Positions 26,907 through 39,058 of a DNA stretch of 64,000 bases are shown here, one piece after another. The notes beneath the pieces were generated by a model. It was not told the origin of the DNA and made no database searches. It worked only from the letters and a program-made list of their open reading frames with translations. The DNA comes from Chlorokybus atmophyticus (lineage: Eukaryota; Plantae; Mesostigma and Chlorokybus algae): NCBI GenBank assembly GCA_009103225.1, contig RHPI01001819.1, forward strand, positions 124,001 through 188,000. The letters are read 5' to 3'. The first letter of the stretch is position 1; every line of letters begins with the position of its first letter. The position numbers and the translations under genes were made by a program.

Positions 26907-28860
26907 TTCCCCCCCACTTAGGTTTTCAACGTCCTTGTTGAACTCAAGTTGATCAGGCTTGATTCTGAGTTATTGTAACCAGTGAGATAGCAGGAAATGA
27001 CAGGGTGGTACTGAGACTGCACTGCCAGTCTGTCATTAACCAAGCCCATAGTTTTATGGGTCGGGACGTGTGTCCCAGTAAGCTCAAAACTCGCGGCAGT
27101 GAGTAAGATGCCTGTCGGGCTCTCAAATGTTATGTTCCGGGCCATACCCTTTCCATTTCACCAAATAGCGGGTTGCGCGTCCCCGCCTATTCAGCTTATG
27201 CTAAAACATAGTTTAACCTCGTATTCGAGCTCGCTGTCCACCTCAACCGGTGGTGGTGGAGGCTGTGTTCTACCGTCTAAGCGGTATGGTTTCAACAAGT
27301 TCACGTGGAACACGTTGTGTATATAGGGGCAATTGCAGTCGATAAGCGTGCGTACCAACTCTATCAGTGATAGAAAAAGAGTTTAACCATCGGGGCAGCA
27401 ACTTGCGAGCACCCGTACCTTGAATGGTCACTTTGTTTGCGTTAAGCAAAACTTCATCGCCGACATCAAAAGTGACCATTCTCCGATGTGTATCAGCATA
27501 AGCTTTTTGCCTGTCCTGTGCTTCTGATAGACATAGCTTGGCTCGAGTCAAATTTTCTTGCATATCAGGGCAAATTCTTTTGCCGCTGGTACAGTCAGGG
27601 CATTGCCAGGTACACGCAATGACGCTGGTATTTTCGGGCGAATCTCACAATTCAAGAAAAATGGGGTTTCCTTTACACTTTCCTGCCACGCATTGTTCAC
27701 AGCGAACTCTGCCATTGGCAAGTACCTGTCCCAATCAGCATGGTTAGGAGCCACATAGTGGCGAAGCATTTCTTCCAGTATTCGATTTGCTCGCTCAGTT
27801 TGTCCATCCGTTTGCGGCTGGAAAGTAGTCGACATGCTTTGTTGTACCCCTAACAATTCACAGACTTCTCTCCAAAACTTGGAGACAAACCGAGGATCAC
27901 GATCTGTGATAAGCTCACGCAGTTCACCGTGAACGCGAAAGACCGTGAAAACAAATAAATGTGCTAAGTCCCGTGCACTCACATTTGTGCAACACGGGGC
28001 AAAGTTTGGTCAAACGGTCGACAAAAACCACAATAGCAGTGTATTTAGCTGCTGTTTCAGGTAGGTCAGTAATCAAATCCATACTGACACTATCCCACTT
28101 TTGTTCTGGGATTATCAATGGTTTAAGCAATCCCGCTTGTTTTTGTTGTAGTGGCTTATTACGTTGACACACGTCACATGTGCGAACATATTGATCCACA
28201 TCAGCTGACATTAACGGCCACCAGTATAACTGTTGCGCAGCTTTGAGTGTTTTGTGTTTCCCTAAATGCCCAGCATACGGCGGGTCATGCACTGATTGTA
28301 AGCATTGCTTACGCAAGTCGCCAGAGTTGGGAATGACCAGCTGCTCCCCTTTATACCAGAGATTGCCAATAGCAGTAAGCTGTTGCAAGTTGGTTTGACT
28401 GCTAAACCAATCATCTGAGTTATATCCTGTGGACACTTCCTTTAGGGTTGGATCTTCAGGCTGTTGCATATTACGCGTACTTCGAGAGCGCGTAAGTGCC
28501 CAATGAGAAGGGCTACTACTTAGTGGATCCGCCACATTGGTGCGACCCGGACGGTATTGCCAAGTGAAAGTGAAACGAGAAATGAATTCGTTCCACCTAG
28601 CTTGCCGCCTCGACAGGTTCTGTTGCGTATGAAAGAATGTGAGCGGGTTGTGATCAATAATCACTGAAAACTCCACACCTTCTAAGTAGCAACGCCATGT
28701 GCGCAGCGTGTGCACCACCCCGAGCAATTCCTGCTCAGTGGTTGTGTAATTACGTTCAGCAGGAATGAACTTTCTGCTTTCATATGCACATGGTCTGTCA
28801 TCCTGTAGAAGGACTGCCCCACACCGCCTATGACAAGCCTTTCAGCGGCGTGGCCGCCAC

Positions 28861-29290
28861 TGAGCAGAGAGCTGAAAGTGAGGTCACATCAGTTCGATGT
28901 GACCTTTTATACCAAGAGTATATCAAATATACACCTCTCGATAATTAACTCACAGCTAGACATCGACCCTACAGATAGGGTAGTTAGGAAATCTAGCGTG
29001 AGCTAATCACAGCTCAGATAAGGTACCTATCAATAAGGTACCTATCGAAAGATACCTATCGTAAGGTACCCAACAAGATAGTGATCACATTTTATGAAAT
29101 GTGACACTAAATAGGCTTCAAGCGGTTCTACACCCATTGGGACTTATTTAAGCTATATTAAAGCATCATAGCCTATAATAAGCGAGAAACCGTAGAAAAG
29201 AGGTATAAAAAAGCATACTTAGATACTTATTCATACAAAATGTGTTATTTAGGTAGCAATAATACCCCTATTATTATTGCTCCCGTTACA
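28861..29290 (-). repeat. 5' LTR of the chromovirus (left boundary may extend to 28831)
   Basis: Direct-repeat partner of 26491-26906; carries an extra tandem copy of ATAAGGTACCTATC. Confidence 0.85.
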
Positions 29291-29927
29291 CATGCACACA
29301 CTTATCAAACAAGGCAAGGCAGATATCTTCGTCTTGCCAACGAAGTACAAGTACTCTCGTCATCAACCACGTTAGTCACAATACGACTCATTCAGTGTGC
29401 AAGCATTAGCATGGCACACGGACACTGTCTGAGATATGTTATGAGGCTCAACCCTTCAACTGTAGTACATGTATTGGATGATGCCACGCCAGAGCATAGA
29501 AATGTAATGTGCTGCTCGTGAAGTGTGTGAAAGGGGACAACACTATGTAACTTGGTGAGACAGCACTGTCCTAGTCAAGTGCAGCCTCATGGATGGCATC
29601 ATGTTGTGTGCTGCCGGCACAGCAAGCAGTCATCAGAACATGCGTGGTGTAGTTGGGAGGTGGATGATGCTTGCTTGCATTCCAACATACGTCGCAGAAA
29701 AGTATGTGAGATGCGAAGTGTGGGTGTGGTTCGTGCATATGTGTCGATGAGTGCGCCACCCAAGTCGTACGCTAGCACCTCAGCATGGCGTTCTTCGTCA
29801 TCGCATGGACAGCAGGCACAATACATGAATAGAGCATGTGTCATACGGATGGAAGTGAGTGTCTGTGCGTGGGCACGCGCGTGTTTTCGTATGTGTGTGC
29901 GCAAGCGCATTGCACGGGTGTGTGCAG

Positions 29928-31100
29928 GTTGGTACGGGTGCTCAGATATACAACGTCCAGGACTTCACCTCGTTGCTCACAGTCGACGGGAAGCTCTACA
30001 CCATCACACACTTGGAATCCCCCGACGTACTGTTGCTGTTGCTGCTGTTGTTGGTACTACTATCACTCTCGTCGTTGACATATACTTTGTGCAATGCATG
30101 CCATTTCTCCTTGCAGCCGAGCATAATGCACGCCACGGAGGTGGAGCAATAACCCCGACACGGGTATATTAAAAGCGAAGTGGACCCTCGCTGTGTGGCA
30201 CAATGTGGTTGTGGAGCGCATGCGCAAGATTGGTGGGCGAGAGGCAGTGTGCGTGAGATACAAGTGTGATGTGATACATATACACATGTGCAGATGACCA
30301 CCGTGGCATGTGAGGGCACCGTCGATGCGCGGGAGTATGAGCGGCTCGTAGCCAGTGAAGACTCCTCAGCCCCATGGCCGTAAGCGTGTGTGTGTGTGCG
30401 TGTGTGCGTGCGCGCGTGCGTGTCAATATGGCTTGATGAGCGTGCATGGTGTAAGTTAACGCGTATGCACGCACACGTGAACATAATTAAAAACGCATGT
30501 GTCAACGTCAGGGTTGGAGTGCCTGAAGGTGAATGCAGGCAAGGAGGTGCTAGCATCGCGGTACAAGACGAGGAGGTATGCGTAGACGGCTCACCACACA
30601 CACACGCACGGACTCCGTGTGCGGCGCACACACGCACGCACGCAGGTACGCGATTTACGTGGGTGCCAGCGTGGAGTTTACGAAGCTGGAGGGCCTCACT
30701 TCTTCTCCCGCCGCCGCAAAGCCCTCTACGTCGCCGTCTCCAAAGTCTACCAGAGTGAGTGTTGTGAGTGTGCGAGCAGCGTGCACACCTACACCCACAC
30801 ATGCTGCTTCTCTCTCGGGCGTGGAGAACCACCTGGACAGGGGCACGCCCTCTCGACAGAGTGTGACGCCGGCATCCTCAAATGGAATGCCACACGTACA
30901 CACCACCGGGTCGACTCCCACTTTGTGGCGAAGACGCCGACTGCTGTGGTGGTTGGGTCGGCCCGGTGACGCACTCTCTCCCTTCAGCGTGTACACGGAG
31001 CACGAGGGTGAGAGAGGGTGCGACGTCGGGAGCATCGCCAACCCAGACAACCTCGCAATCAAGGACGAGTACAACACGCTCGGTGTGTTGCGTGGGTGCG
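29928..31100 (+). pseudogene. PhoX-family alkaline phosphatase pseudogene; possible upstream exons at ~26258-26490 and 29291-29350
   Basis: Exons read NVQDFTSLLTVDGKLYTITHLESP, PSIMHATEVEQ/NPDTGILKAKWT (frameshift, TAA at 30150), DAREYE, RYAIYVGASVEFTKLEGLT/..RKALYVAVSKV (frameshift) and CDVGSIANPDNLAIKDEYNTL. Motif order matches algal PhoX as recalled; no database search was run. Confidence 0.72.
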
Positions 31101-31839
31101 TATAAACTGCGCGGTTGTCTCTGGCTATCTACACTCGTGTATACGGACACCCACGCATACGCACACGCGTACATAGGCACAAAACCGTGCAGGGACACGG
31201 ACATAGACGCACACATGTATGCACCTACCTGCCCTTCACTACAACTCTCGCTCGCATCACACGTGGACACCCCGCGTGGCACTGCGTGCATCCTCATGTG
31301 TCTTGTGTGAGCTGTAGCTGCTGTACGTAGTGCACGCACATAAAGCAGGCAAGCTGAGCTGATGTGGTTTGGCTTTCTTCACACCGCACAAGCATCAACT
31401 CCATGCGCTAAAAAGCACATGTCGCGTAGAAAGCATCAACACGCATGTCGTAAGGTGCGCAAGCGAGAGAGTTTGCTAGGCGACCCAACACACGCACACA
31501 TGTCGCACGATAGGCTATTGGTGTTTTGCCAGAGCATGCACTGCAACTTCCCTGTCAACCATCAGTTTCATTGCCACTCGAGCCCAACAACACGCATACC
31601 GCGAGCACGCGAGGGCAACGGCTTACAAGGTGCAAATAGCGTGGTCAGATTACCAGACAGAGTTAACGAGTCCGGCTCCCCACATGATAGTGGGTGGCGG
31701 ATGGTGCCCACCTACGAGATCTAGATGGTCTCATTCACTTCCGAATGCTTGCGTGCTATGACTTACCCCCACATTGCTGTGACCTGGTGGCCAAGGTGCA
31801 ATCCAAGGACACAAACGTGTGCGTGTGCGTATGCTGATG

Positions 31840-33660
31840 TGCTCTCCCCTCTCCAAAGCGCTCTGTCACCATGCCCATGACCAAGCCTTCCAGCACAGGG
31901 TTATTCTGCTGCCAAGCCGCGCGTGAGCGTGTACGCGAGTGCGTGCGTGCGTGCGTGGGTGCGTGGGTGCAGGTGGGGGTGGGGGTGGGTGTGTGGGTGT
32001 AGATGTCGCAAGCGTGCGGGCTGCCTTTGCAGTGCAGTGGCGAGGAGAGGGAGAAGCACAGACAGAAACGCATGCATCCACACGCGTCAACCTCCCCCCC
32101 TCCCCACCCCATGCGTGTGCCTATCTTTTGCCTGCCTTCGACTCAGAACTTGCTGTGCTCGCCGGTGGTTGCCGCACTGCGCCCGCCGATGTTGTCGCAA
32201 CACGTTGCTCACCGACTTACGCAAGCATACAGCAAAGCCACACAGTACAGCCACAACGTGATTACGACGGTTGGCTCAATGAACTATGACTGTGAGGTTT
32301 ATTCATGTTGTTGCAACAGCAGCGGCGACAATGACTTGCGCACTCTCTGTGTATGGACACATCGGGTGCTAACACAGCCAAGACGACATCACCTGGCACA
32401 TGTGCATGTGTGTGTGTGTGTTTGGTTGAGAAGAGATATGCGGGAGGGGGAGGAGAGGAGTGAGAGAAGCAAAGTGCAGCAGGGCGAACGTTCGCATGCG
32501 TGAGCTCGTGACAATGGCAGAGCTGGGAGTCACCATGTGCAGCATCTTGTCATCGGTGCGGGCACGCGCAGGTAGAAGGGAGGGGCTCGTGCACGCTTGT
32601 TTGCAGCGCTCAAGCTTGCATACCTCTTGCGTGTGGATGTGTGCTTGCGTACTGTACGTGCACGGTGCATGCACGGGCATGTGCGTGTGCACGTGTTCTG
32701 GAGGGACGTGTGTTCACAAAAGCGTGTGTGCATCCGGGGGCGGATGCACGTATAACTGTGCAAGCATGTATTATCATGTACAACTTGAACCATGTCCTAG
32801 CTTAAGGTTGTCCTCCTCCGTCCTCTGCGCCTAACACCCACACACGCACACAACAACAAGAGCATTAAGCCTGAGCTTCAACCGCGATGACCGCAAGCTG
32901 TCTCCAACAAACTCATCTTCATGGAGTCGCGTATGCGCGGTCAGCGTGTGTGCACGTGCACGCAAGCATACCCATCCATCTCTCATCACACAAGGATGCC
33001 GACATGCACTGATGTGTGCACAGCGGCAATGACACTTCACCTTGCTTGTGGTAGTGTGCTGAACAACATGCGTGACGTGCTTCACCTCGTGCATGAGCGC
33101 GTGTCATGCTGCGCAGCGAATCGTAGACAATAAGAAATACTGACACCCGCGCCAACGCGTACACCTGGAGTGGCGATTCTGATTATGGCAAGCTCTCACG
33201 CATTGGTACTGGTACGTGCACATCATCGGCGTTGTGTCTGTGTGTATTTGGCACAAGCGTGCGCGCATGCGTGCGTACGTGCGTGTGTGTGTGTGCGTGT
33301 GTGCGTATACAGAATAGTATGGATTGCGTGTGTGTGTGTGCGCGCGCGCGCAGGCAGGCAGGCGTTTGACGCCATCTGACTACATGGCTTGAACACTGTC
33401 CATGGCGCACATACGCACACGTGCACGCGCCATGGCGCACATACGCACACGCACCGTTGTATCGTCCAGGCAGTAGCGACAGAGCGCACGGAGTGGAGGC
33501 GTTTGTGCCTGCCTCATCTGGACGTCGAAGGGTAGGCATACCTGTTCAATACTGTGCAGAACCCGAAGGCGGCGGATGGAAACCTTGGGAAGGACTGCGC
33601 TGTGTGGATCGCCATGTATGCGAGCAAGCGTGCGTACATGCAGCAGGTATGCTGATGAGA
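31840..33660 (+). pseudogene. Degenerate multi-exon gene remnant, product unknown
   Basis: GC-rich exon-like blocks (~31860, 32145, 32500, 32855, 33560) alternate with GT-rich intron-like tracts in + orientation, but no continuous frame can be built. Confidence 0.3.
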
Positions 33661-34858
33661 GACACATCGTGCACGCCATGCAGATACACACGTACTGCGG
33701 CCTACCAATTGTGCTTGTGCGCGTTGTCATGTAGCCTACGGCATGTCCGATGCGCATGCATTTGGCAACATGCTGTCGATGCTTGCGAATACGCGTTGTT
33801 TGCTGGATGTACGTGTTCGAGTGCGTGTGTAGGAAGCTGTGCGCATTGTGTGGACATTACGCTGCTGGCCATGCATAGAGTTTGAGAGGGTATGCTGGCA
33901 AGCACCCTTCAAAGCCTGCAATTGAGCCAATTGCATGCGACTAGGTGTTGTAAGGTATGTATTATGTTGGCGTGTGTGTACGTCAAAACAAATTATTATT
34001 ATACAGCCACCAATTGCGGCTGTAGTCAGTTTCCGGAGGCGAACAATGCCTTGCGCCTGTGCAGTAGGCGGGCATCTCCTTTGCACAATGTTTGTTCTGT
34101 TACATCACACTGTCTATCGGTGTGGCATGCATGCGCAATGCTTCGTCATGCAGGTAATGCACACAAGGGGAGCAACTCCCTTCGGCAGTGCTTAGCGGGT
34201 TGCAATACACAGCAGTGACACAGTTTGAGTGCACCCATGTGCTTATGTTCCCCAATGACTACAGCAAAGCTCCTTGCACAATGCGCATAGCGAGTGGGAG
34301 CATGATGCGCATGCCATGCTTGCATGCATGTATCTGCATCCTAAAATCAGCGAGGCAGCTCATTGGCACAGCCTTTGGATGAGGGGTGTCGTATGTGCAT
34401 GCGCACAAGAGAGGGGGCAATATGTTTTTGGATGTCATGCTTCAGCGGTAGGTGGGTTCAGGTGCTTGTGTAGGCTGTTCATGCAACCAAAGAGCTTCTT
34501 GGTAGACCCTTTCGCCGATGTGCAGCCCAAAGAGCACAATCGCCTCTCCTTGCACAGTCTTGTATGCACAGAAAGCAAGGTCATGTATGGGTGTATGGGG
34601 TCTAGACAACAGCCACTTCTTAGAGCTGAAGTTAGCAATCCACTTTTTAGATGTGCCACACATGAAAACTACTTATGGGCATGACATGCATGTTGCATGT
34701 TGTTGCGCAAAGCGTCTGATCTATGCAACTCCGAGTTACAGCGTGTCAGTGAATACAGTGCTGCCGCATTGTAATTGACACTGGCATACAGCGAGTAAAC
34801 ACAGGACAACAAGGGCTGGGTGGCAAAAGTTGTGACACTATCTAGCCAAAGTACAACC

Positions 34859-36467
34859 TCAATAATAAGGCCTGTATCGATAGCCTCGCCCCCGCCCTCT
34901 TTGTGGGCTGCAATGCAACAACCAAACCCATGGTCAGACAGTTGGTGTGACACGAGTGTCAGCACCAAGCAACATTTGTCAGTAGTCAACGCAGCTTTTG
35001 CAAGGCTGCTGCTGCCACACTGGCTTGGCTTGCTTACCCAAAGCCCCGACCTCTTCCTCTCGGCGCATATGGCGCATATCCTCCCCGATAACCTCCCCTG
35101 CCGCGACCCCGCAGCTTCATACCAGGCACATTGGTCCGCTTTGCTGAGACCTGGGGCATAGCTGTGTCACAACACAACAACTCTGTGCTCACAAGGCACA
35201 CGCAGGGGAACATGGGTCCAGTAAGGTTGAGAGCAGCATTCGCAGATCTGAAAAGCGGGCACTATTGGGTTAAGGCACCTTGATCTGACGCCCACGAATC
35301 TCACTCTCATTCAGAAGCGTAGCATTTTGAACGGCATCTGCTTCCAGAAACTCAAGATATGCAAACCTGCACCAAAACCAAGTAGTTGGCCACAGTTGAC
35401 ACGATTCACCAGACTGCTATTGCAAATGTATGTATGCAATCGACGCAGTGACCAGACTGGTGAATCTGTATTACATACCCTTTGGGAGCCCCAAACTGGT
35501 CCGTCAAGATAGTAACTCGGTTAACTGTCCCACATGACGAGAAATGCGCTTGCAACTCCTCAGGTGTGGTGTTATAGTCAACCTGCAGGGTATAAGATAA
35601 GTACCAAAGCATTATTACAAAGTTATGCCAGGTATGCATCTCCACGTAACAATGCTATCAGGCAAGGATCACAGTTCATGTCGCTCACGTTGCCTATGTA
35701 TATCGAACGCGCGTCTGCCTCTTCTTTGTTTGCAGAAGCAGCTGCATTTTCTGCGAGCAACAACAGCCAGTACGTATATAGCCAAAGCCAAAGCAGCCGT
35801 ATATGTGCGAGGCAGGAGCTGTGACATGCTACCAAAGACATGCTAACTGTGCACCTTGACTCCCGTTCATCTCCTTTTCTACTTTTGCTTGCATGGCACG
35901 CAGCTTTGCAGCCTCTTCCTCCATCTCCTTCAATCGCCGCTTCATGGCTTCCAACTCCTGCGGCAACAAGACCTTACATAACTTGAGAAACACACACATA
36001 CTTCGTGCTCACAATGTCCCACGTAAAAGGCAGTTATCTGGCAATCAGTGTGGCTCTGCAAACGACTCTGTTACCTGTAATTTACCAGCATCCTACAGAC
36101 CAATTAATGACAGGCATGCTGCGCTTGTGTGTGTAAAGTGCATGTGAGGACTGGCATCAAGATACACATGCTACATACATGCTAAAAGTGTTAAAGAACA
36201 CCGCGGCACAGCCATGCAGCTAATCACTAGGCGCAAACAGCAGTTGCAACTCAAGCAAGCTAACAATGCTGCGCAACTTCTGTCCGCCTGCTCAGCTTGC
36301 CAGCTGGGCCGCAATGCACGCTCAACCAATCTTAGTGTACGCAGAGGAAAGCAGCCACTCACAGACGAGTCGTCCTTTTCTCCAGCGTTGCCGTCCTCAT
36401 CGCCCTCCAGCTCCCCCTCCACGTCCTCGGGCAGCTCTCCGCCATAAACCTCATCCTCCTCGTCCAT
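34859..36467 (-). CDS. PABN: Nuclear polyadenylate-binding protein (PABPN1/PABN family), seven exons
   Basis: Acidic N-terminus [13 protein letters not shown], coiled coil [23 protein letters not shown] ([48 protein letters not shown]), KRTNVPGM and an RG-rich tail ending [11 protein letters not shown]. Confidence 0.96.
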
Positions 36468-36651
36468 GGCGACAACGTCAAACACCCTAACCTCTCCCCC
36501 GACCACACCACCCCAACACTACGAGACAGTCGTCTAAGCCCTGGTCGGCACCTCCGTTTCCACGCTCTCCTGCTAGCCCTGCTCCACCTCCTACACCACC
36601 ACCACCGCCGCCGCCTCACCACTGCGCCCTTTTTCCCCTTCCTCTCCTCCC

Positions 36652-36659
36652 AAACCCTA
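36652..36659. promoter_or_regulatory. Telo-box-like motif AAACCCTA about 185 bp upstream of the PABN start codon
   Basis: Exact AAACCCTA match. Telo-boxes are known near plant translation and RNA-processing genes. A single 8-mer could be chance. Confidence 0.35.
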
Positions 36660-38132
36660 GCTCGAACGGTCTCCAACTCCCTTCCGTTCTAGTCCTTCCC
36701 AATGACGGAAGGAAGTGAATCGCACGGAAGCTTGGACTGAAACAGCGGAAAATGTGTGCCTTACCGGCGGACGCAGTGCGGCAACGAGGAGGACGATGAG
36801 GAGCGACGCGGAGGTGGTGGTGGTGGGGGAAGCGGAGACCTGAGTTGTTGTTCGAGTTGTACATAACACCCTGTAAGACTGCTGTGCTGCAGCATCGAGC
36901 TGCAGCGCAGCAGAGTTATTCGTGGCTCACTTGCCGCTGTAAGTGCTGAGCAGGCAGTTCGCTGTGCCCAATATGCTTGTTGGGCATGGTGAGAGTGGTT
37001 GTCTTGCTAGTTACAGATCATAGCACGCCACGGTGGAATGGTATGAGGAGGCGTCGTCGCATGCATGACGAACTGGCAAGCGCGCAGTGTTGGTACGCAG
37101 GGTGTGCGCATGTCAAACCCGCCCGCACTTGGCATGCAGCTGGTCTGGTTGTGTGCGACAGCTGCTGCTGCCATTGCAGTCTCGCAGCAATTGTTGACGC
37201 GGTAAATGGTATAGTATGACTTTGCAAACCAACCCCGTTTTCAATGAGCAAAGACACCAAAGCATGGCAGAGCGCACATGGGGCCAGAACACAGCTGTTG
37301 CGTAGTAGCACACCAATACCGTACATTCCTAGTTGCAGGTGTTTCGTGCTTCTGTTGCTGCGCCACCACACTGTAATGCTACCATGTCACTGCCTGTAGA
37401 GTTCTAAGTGATGCTGTTGCAAGTGCGGTGAAAGTACAGTACATGTCAGCTGGTTTGGCGCTAGGCTGGTTGCGTCGCAGGTGAAGCGCCGCCTTTGTTA
37501 CGTTGCTGCTGCTGCTGCTACCGCTATCTGGCGTGCGAACTGCTACCGCTACTGTTGCAGTCTTAACTTCTGTTTGCTACCCACCTCATACATGTACGCG
37601 AACAGTCTCGCCCAGCGCGTCCCTGCCTCGCCTTCCGCTGGACCTTGTGCATTATGATGAACACAGCCAATGAAGATCACTGGTTGTGTTTGTGCGGCTC
37701 TGTGCCCTGGCCGTCTGTCCACTGGACAGCGGGTGCTGCTGCTTGTCATGCGACTCAAACTACACTCGTTGTTTGGGCAGCAGTTGTGCTGTCAACTTAC
37801 GAGTCTTGAAGTGTACACAATCCAACATGCAATGCAACGCACAGTACACGCAGAGCTCACACATGTCATGCTGCGCTTGCATATCCGCAGATCGCACACA
37901 GCTTTGATAGGGACAGCCCGCATGCATGCAAGAAAAGAATCATGATGGGAATGCACATTTCTTTAACTTGAATGAAACAACGTTGACTACCCGTGCTCCA
38001 TGGCTTGACAACCAGAGCACTAGTGCCAGCCATCCCAGTGAATGACTGTCCACCCACACTTGCACAAGCGCTCTCACCTGCATGTTGGCAGCTTGTCCAG
38101 TTCAGAGTTTAGCCTCTCTGAACAAAGCCCCC

Positions 38133-38477
38133 CTACTCATACCCAACATTATCATGCCCTCTGCGCTTCAAGTCCTTGCCTAAGTCCTTCGAGGCGTTAA
38201 TGGTCTGGTCGGTGTCAAGGTCCAGCACGTCCGCCTGATGCTCTGCGCGGTTGTTCATCCTCTCCTCCGCCTCCGCCGCCTCCTTCTCCTCGGGAGGGGT
38301 CTCGTAGGCCGCCTTGGGGATGGCGCCCCGCACGTCGTCCTGCACGTCCACGACGTTATCCGCCGACGGACGAAGACCGCCCTCGATGAAGATGCTGTCG
38401 GGAGGGTGAGCCGCAACGCTGCCGTCCTGCTTGTTCACACCACGGGTGTCGCCGGTGTAGCCGCCGCCGTCAGACAT
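38133..38477 (-). CDS. Small acidic hydrophilic protein (114 aa), single coding exon
   Basis: Open frame MSDGGGYTGDTRGVNKQDG..RRGHDNVGYE* with strong GC3 bias, preceded by a 5'-UTR intron acceptor (acacacag|GTCCTG). Confidence 0.75.
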   Translation of the reverse strand: MSDGGGYTGDTRGVNKQDGSVAAHPPDSIFIEGGLRPSADNVVDVQDDVRGAIPKAAYETPPEEKEAAEAEERMNNRAEHQADVLDLDTDQTINASKDLGKDLKRRGHDNVGYE

Positions 38478-38706
38478 GTTGTTGTGGGATGGGAGCAGGA
38501 CCTGTGTGTGTGCGATTGCTGAGAGATTGAGAAAGACACCCACAGGTAAATATGCAAAGAGGTTGGGCAAACAACGGCAGATGAGAGTGTTGCGCGCGCG
38601 CGCGAGTGAGGTGCTTGCTGTTCAATCAACCATGCAGAACGAACTTGTACATCTAATCATGTGCGTTTAACGCAAGCACAACTGGAAACACAGGCAGTGG
38701 AGACAT

Positions 38707-38737
<31 letters not shown>

Positions 38738-39025
38738 CATGCACGCACCTGTTGTAGTGACGCACAGCGTCCAACTAAACAACTGCGTGTGCGTGTGTGT
38801 GTCTACTCTACCATGCAGACGCAACAGCGCATCATGCCATGATGGGGAGTAGCGCTATAAGCCGCTTCTAACTACTACTTGCCCTCCTTCCGATCAGCAT
38901 GTATCGCCTATCTTACCTTGGAATCAGCAGAGCCTTTGCAGGCAGCAATCAGCCGTGAGCCTCGCTGGTGGGCGTTGAGCAGAGGCGAGCAAAGCAGCAA
39001 GAGACCTGCTGTGACGTTGCCACCA

Positions 39026-39058
<33 letters not shown>

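Larger units (their letters stand above)
26491..29290 (-). mobile_element. Internally deleted Ty3/Gypsy chromovirus: LTR, RNase H (partial), integrase, chromodomain, PPT, LTR
   Basis: Two diverged direct repeats ending GTTACA at 26906 and 29290. Polypurine tract at 26907-26917 abuts TGTAAC on the minus strand. Minus-strand RNase H (GAVLLQDDRPCAYES..EQELLGVV), HHCC zinc finger (HDPPYAGH..CDVCQ), DDE core (SMDLITDLP, ITDRDPRF, DGQTERAN) and chromodomain (EYEV..YLVKWKGYGPEHNI*EP), all with frameshifts. Gag, protease and RT absent. Confidence 0.93.

Noticed and set aside
36616-36869. Possible upstream ORF or extra exon with a 28-nt GT-AG intron ahead of PABN
   Set aside because: The intron would be far shorter than the others here and the peptides are low complexity; probably 5' leader or promoter.
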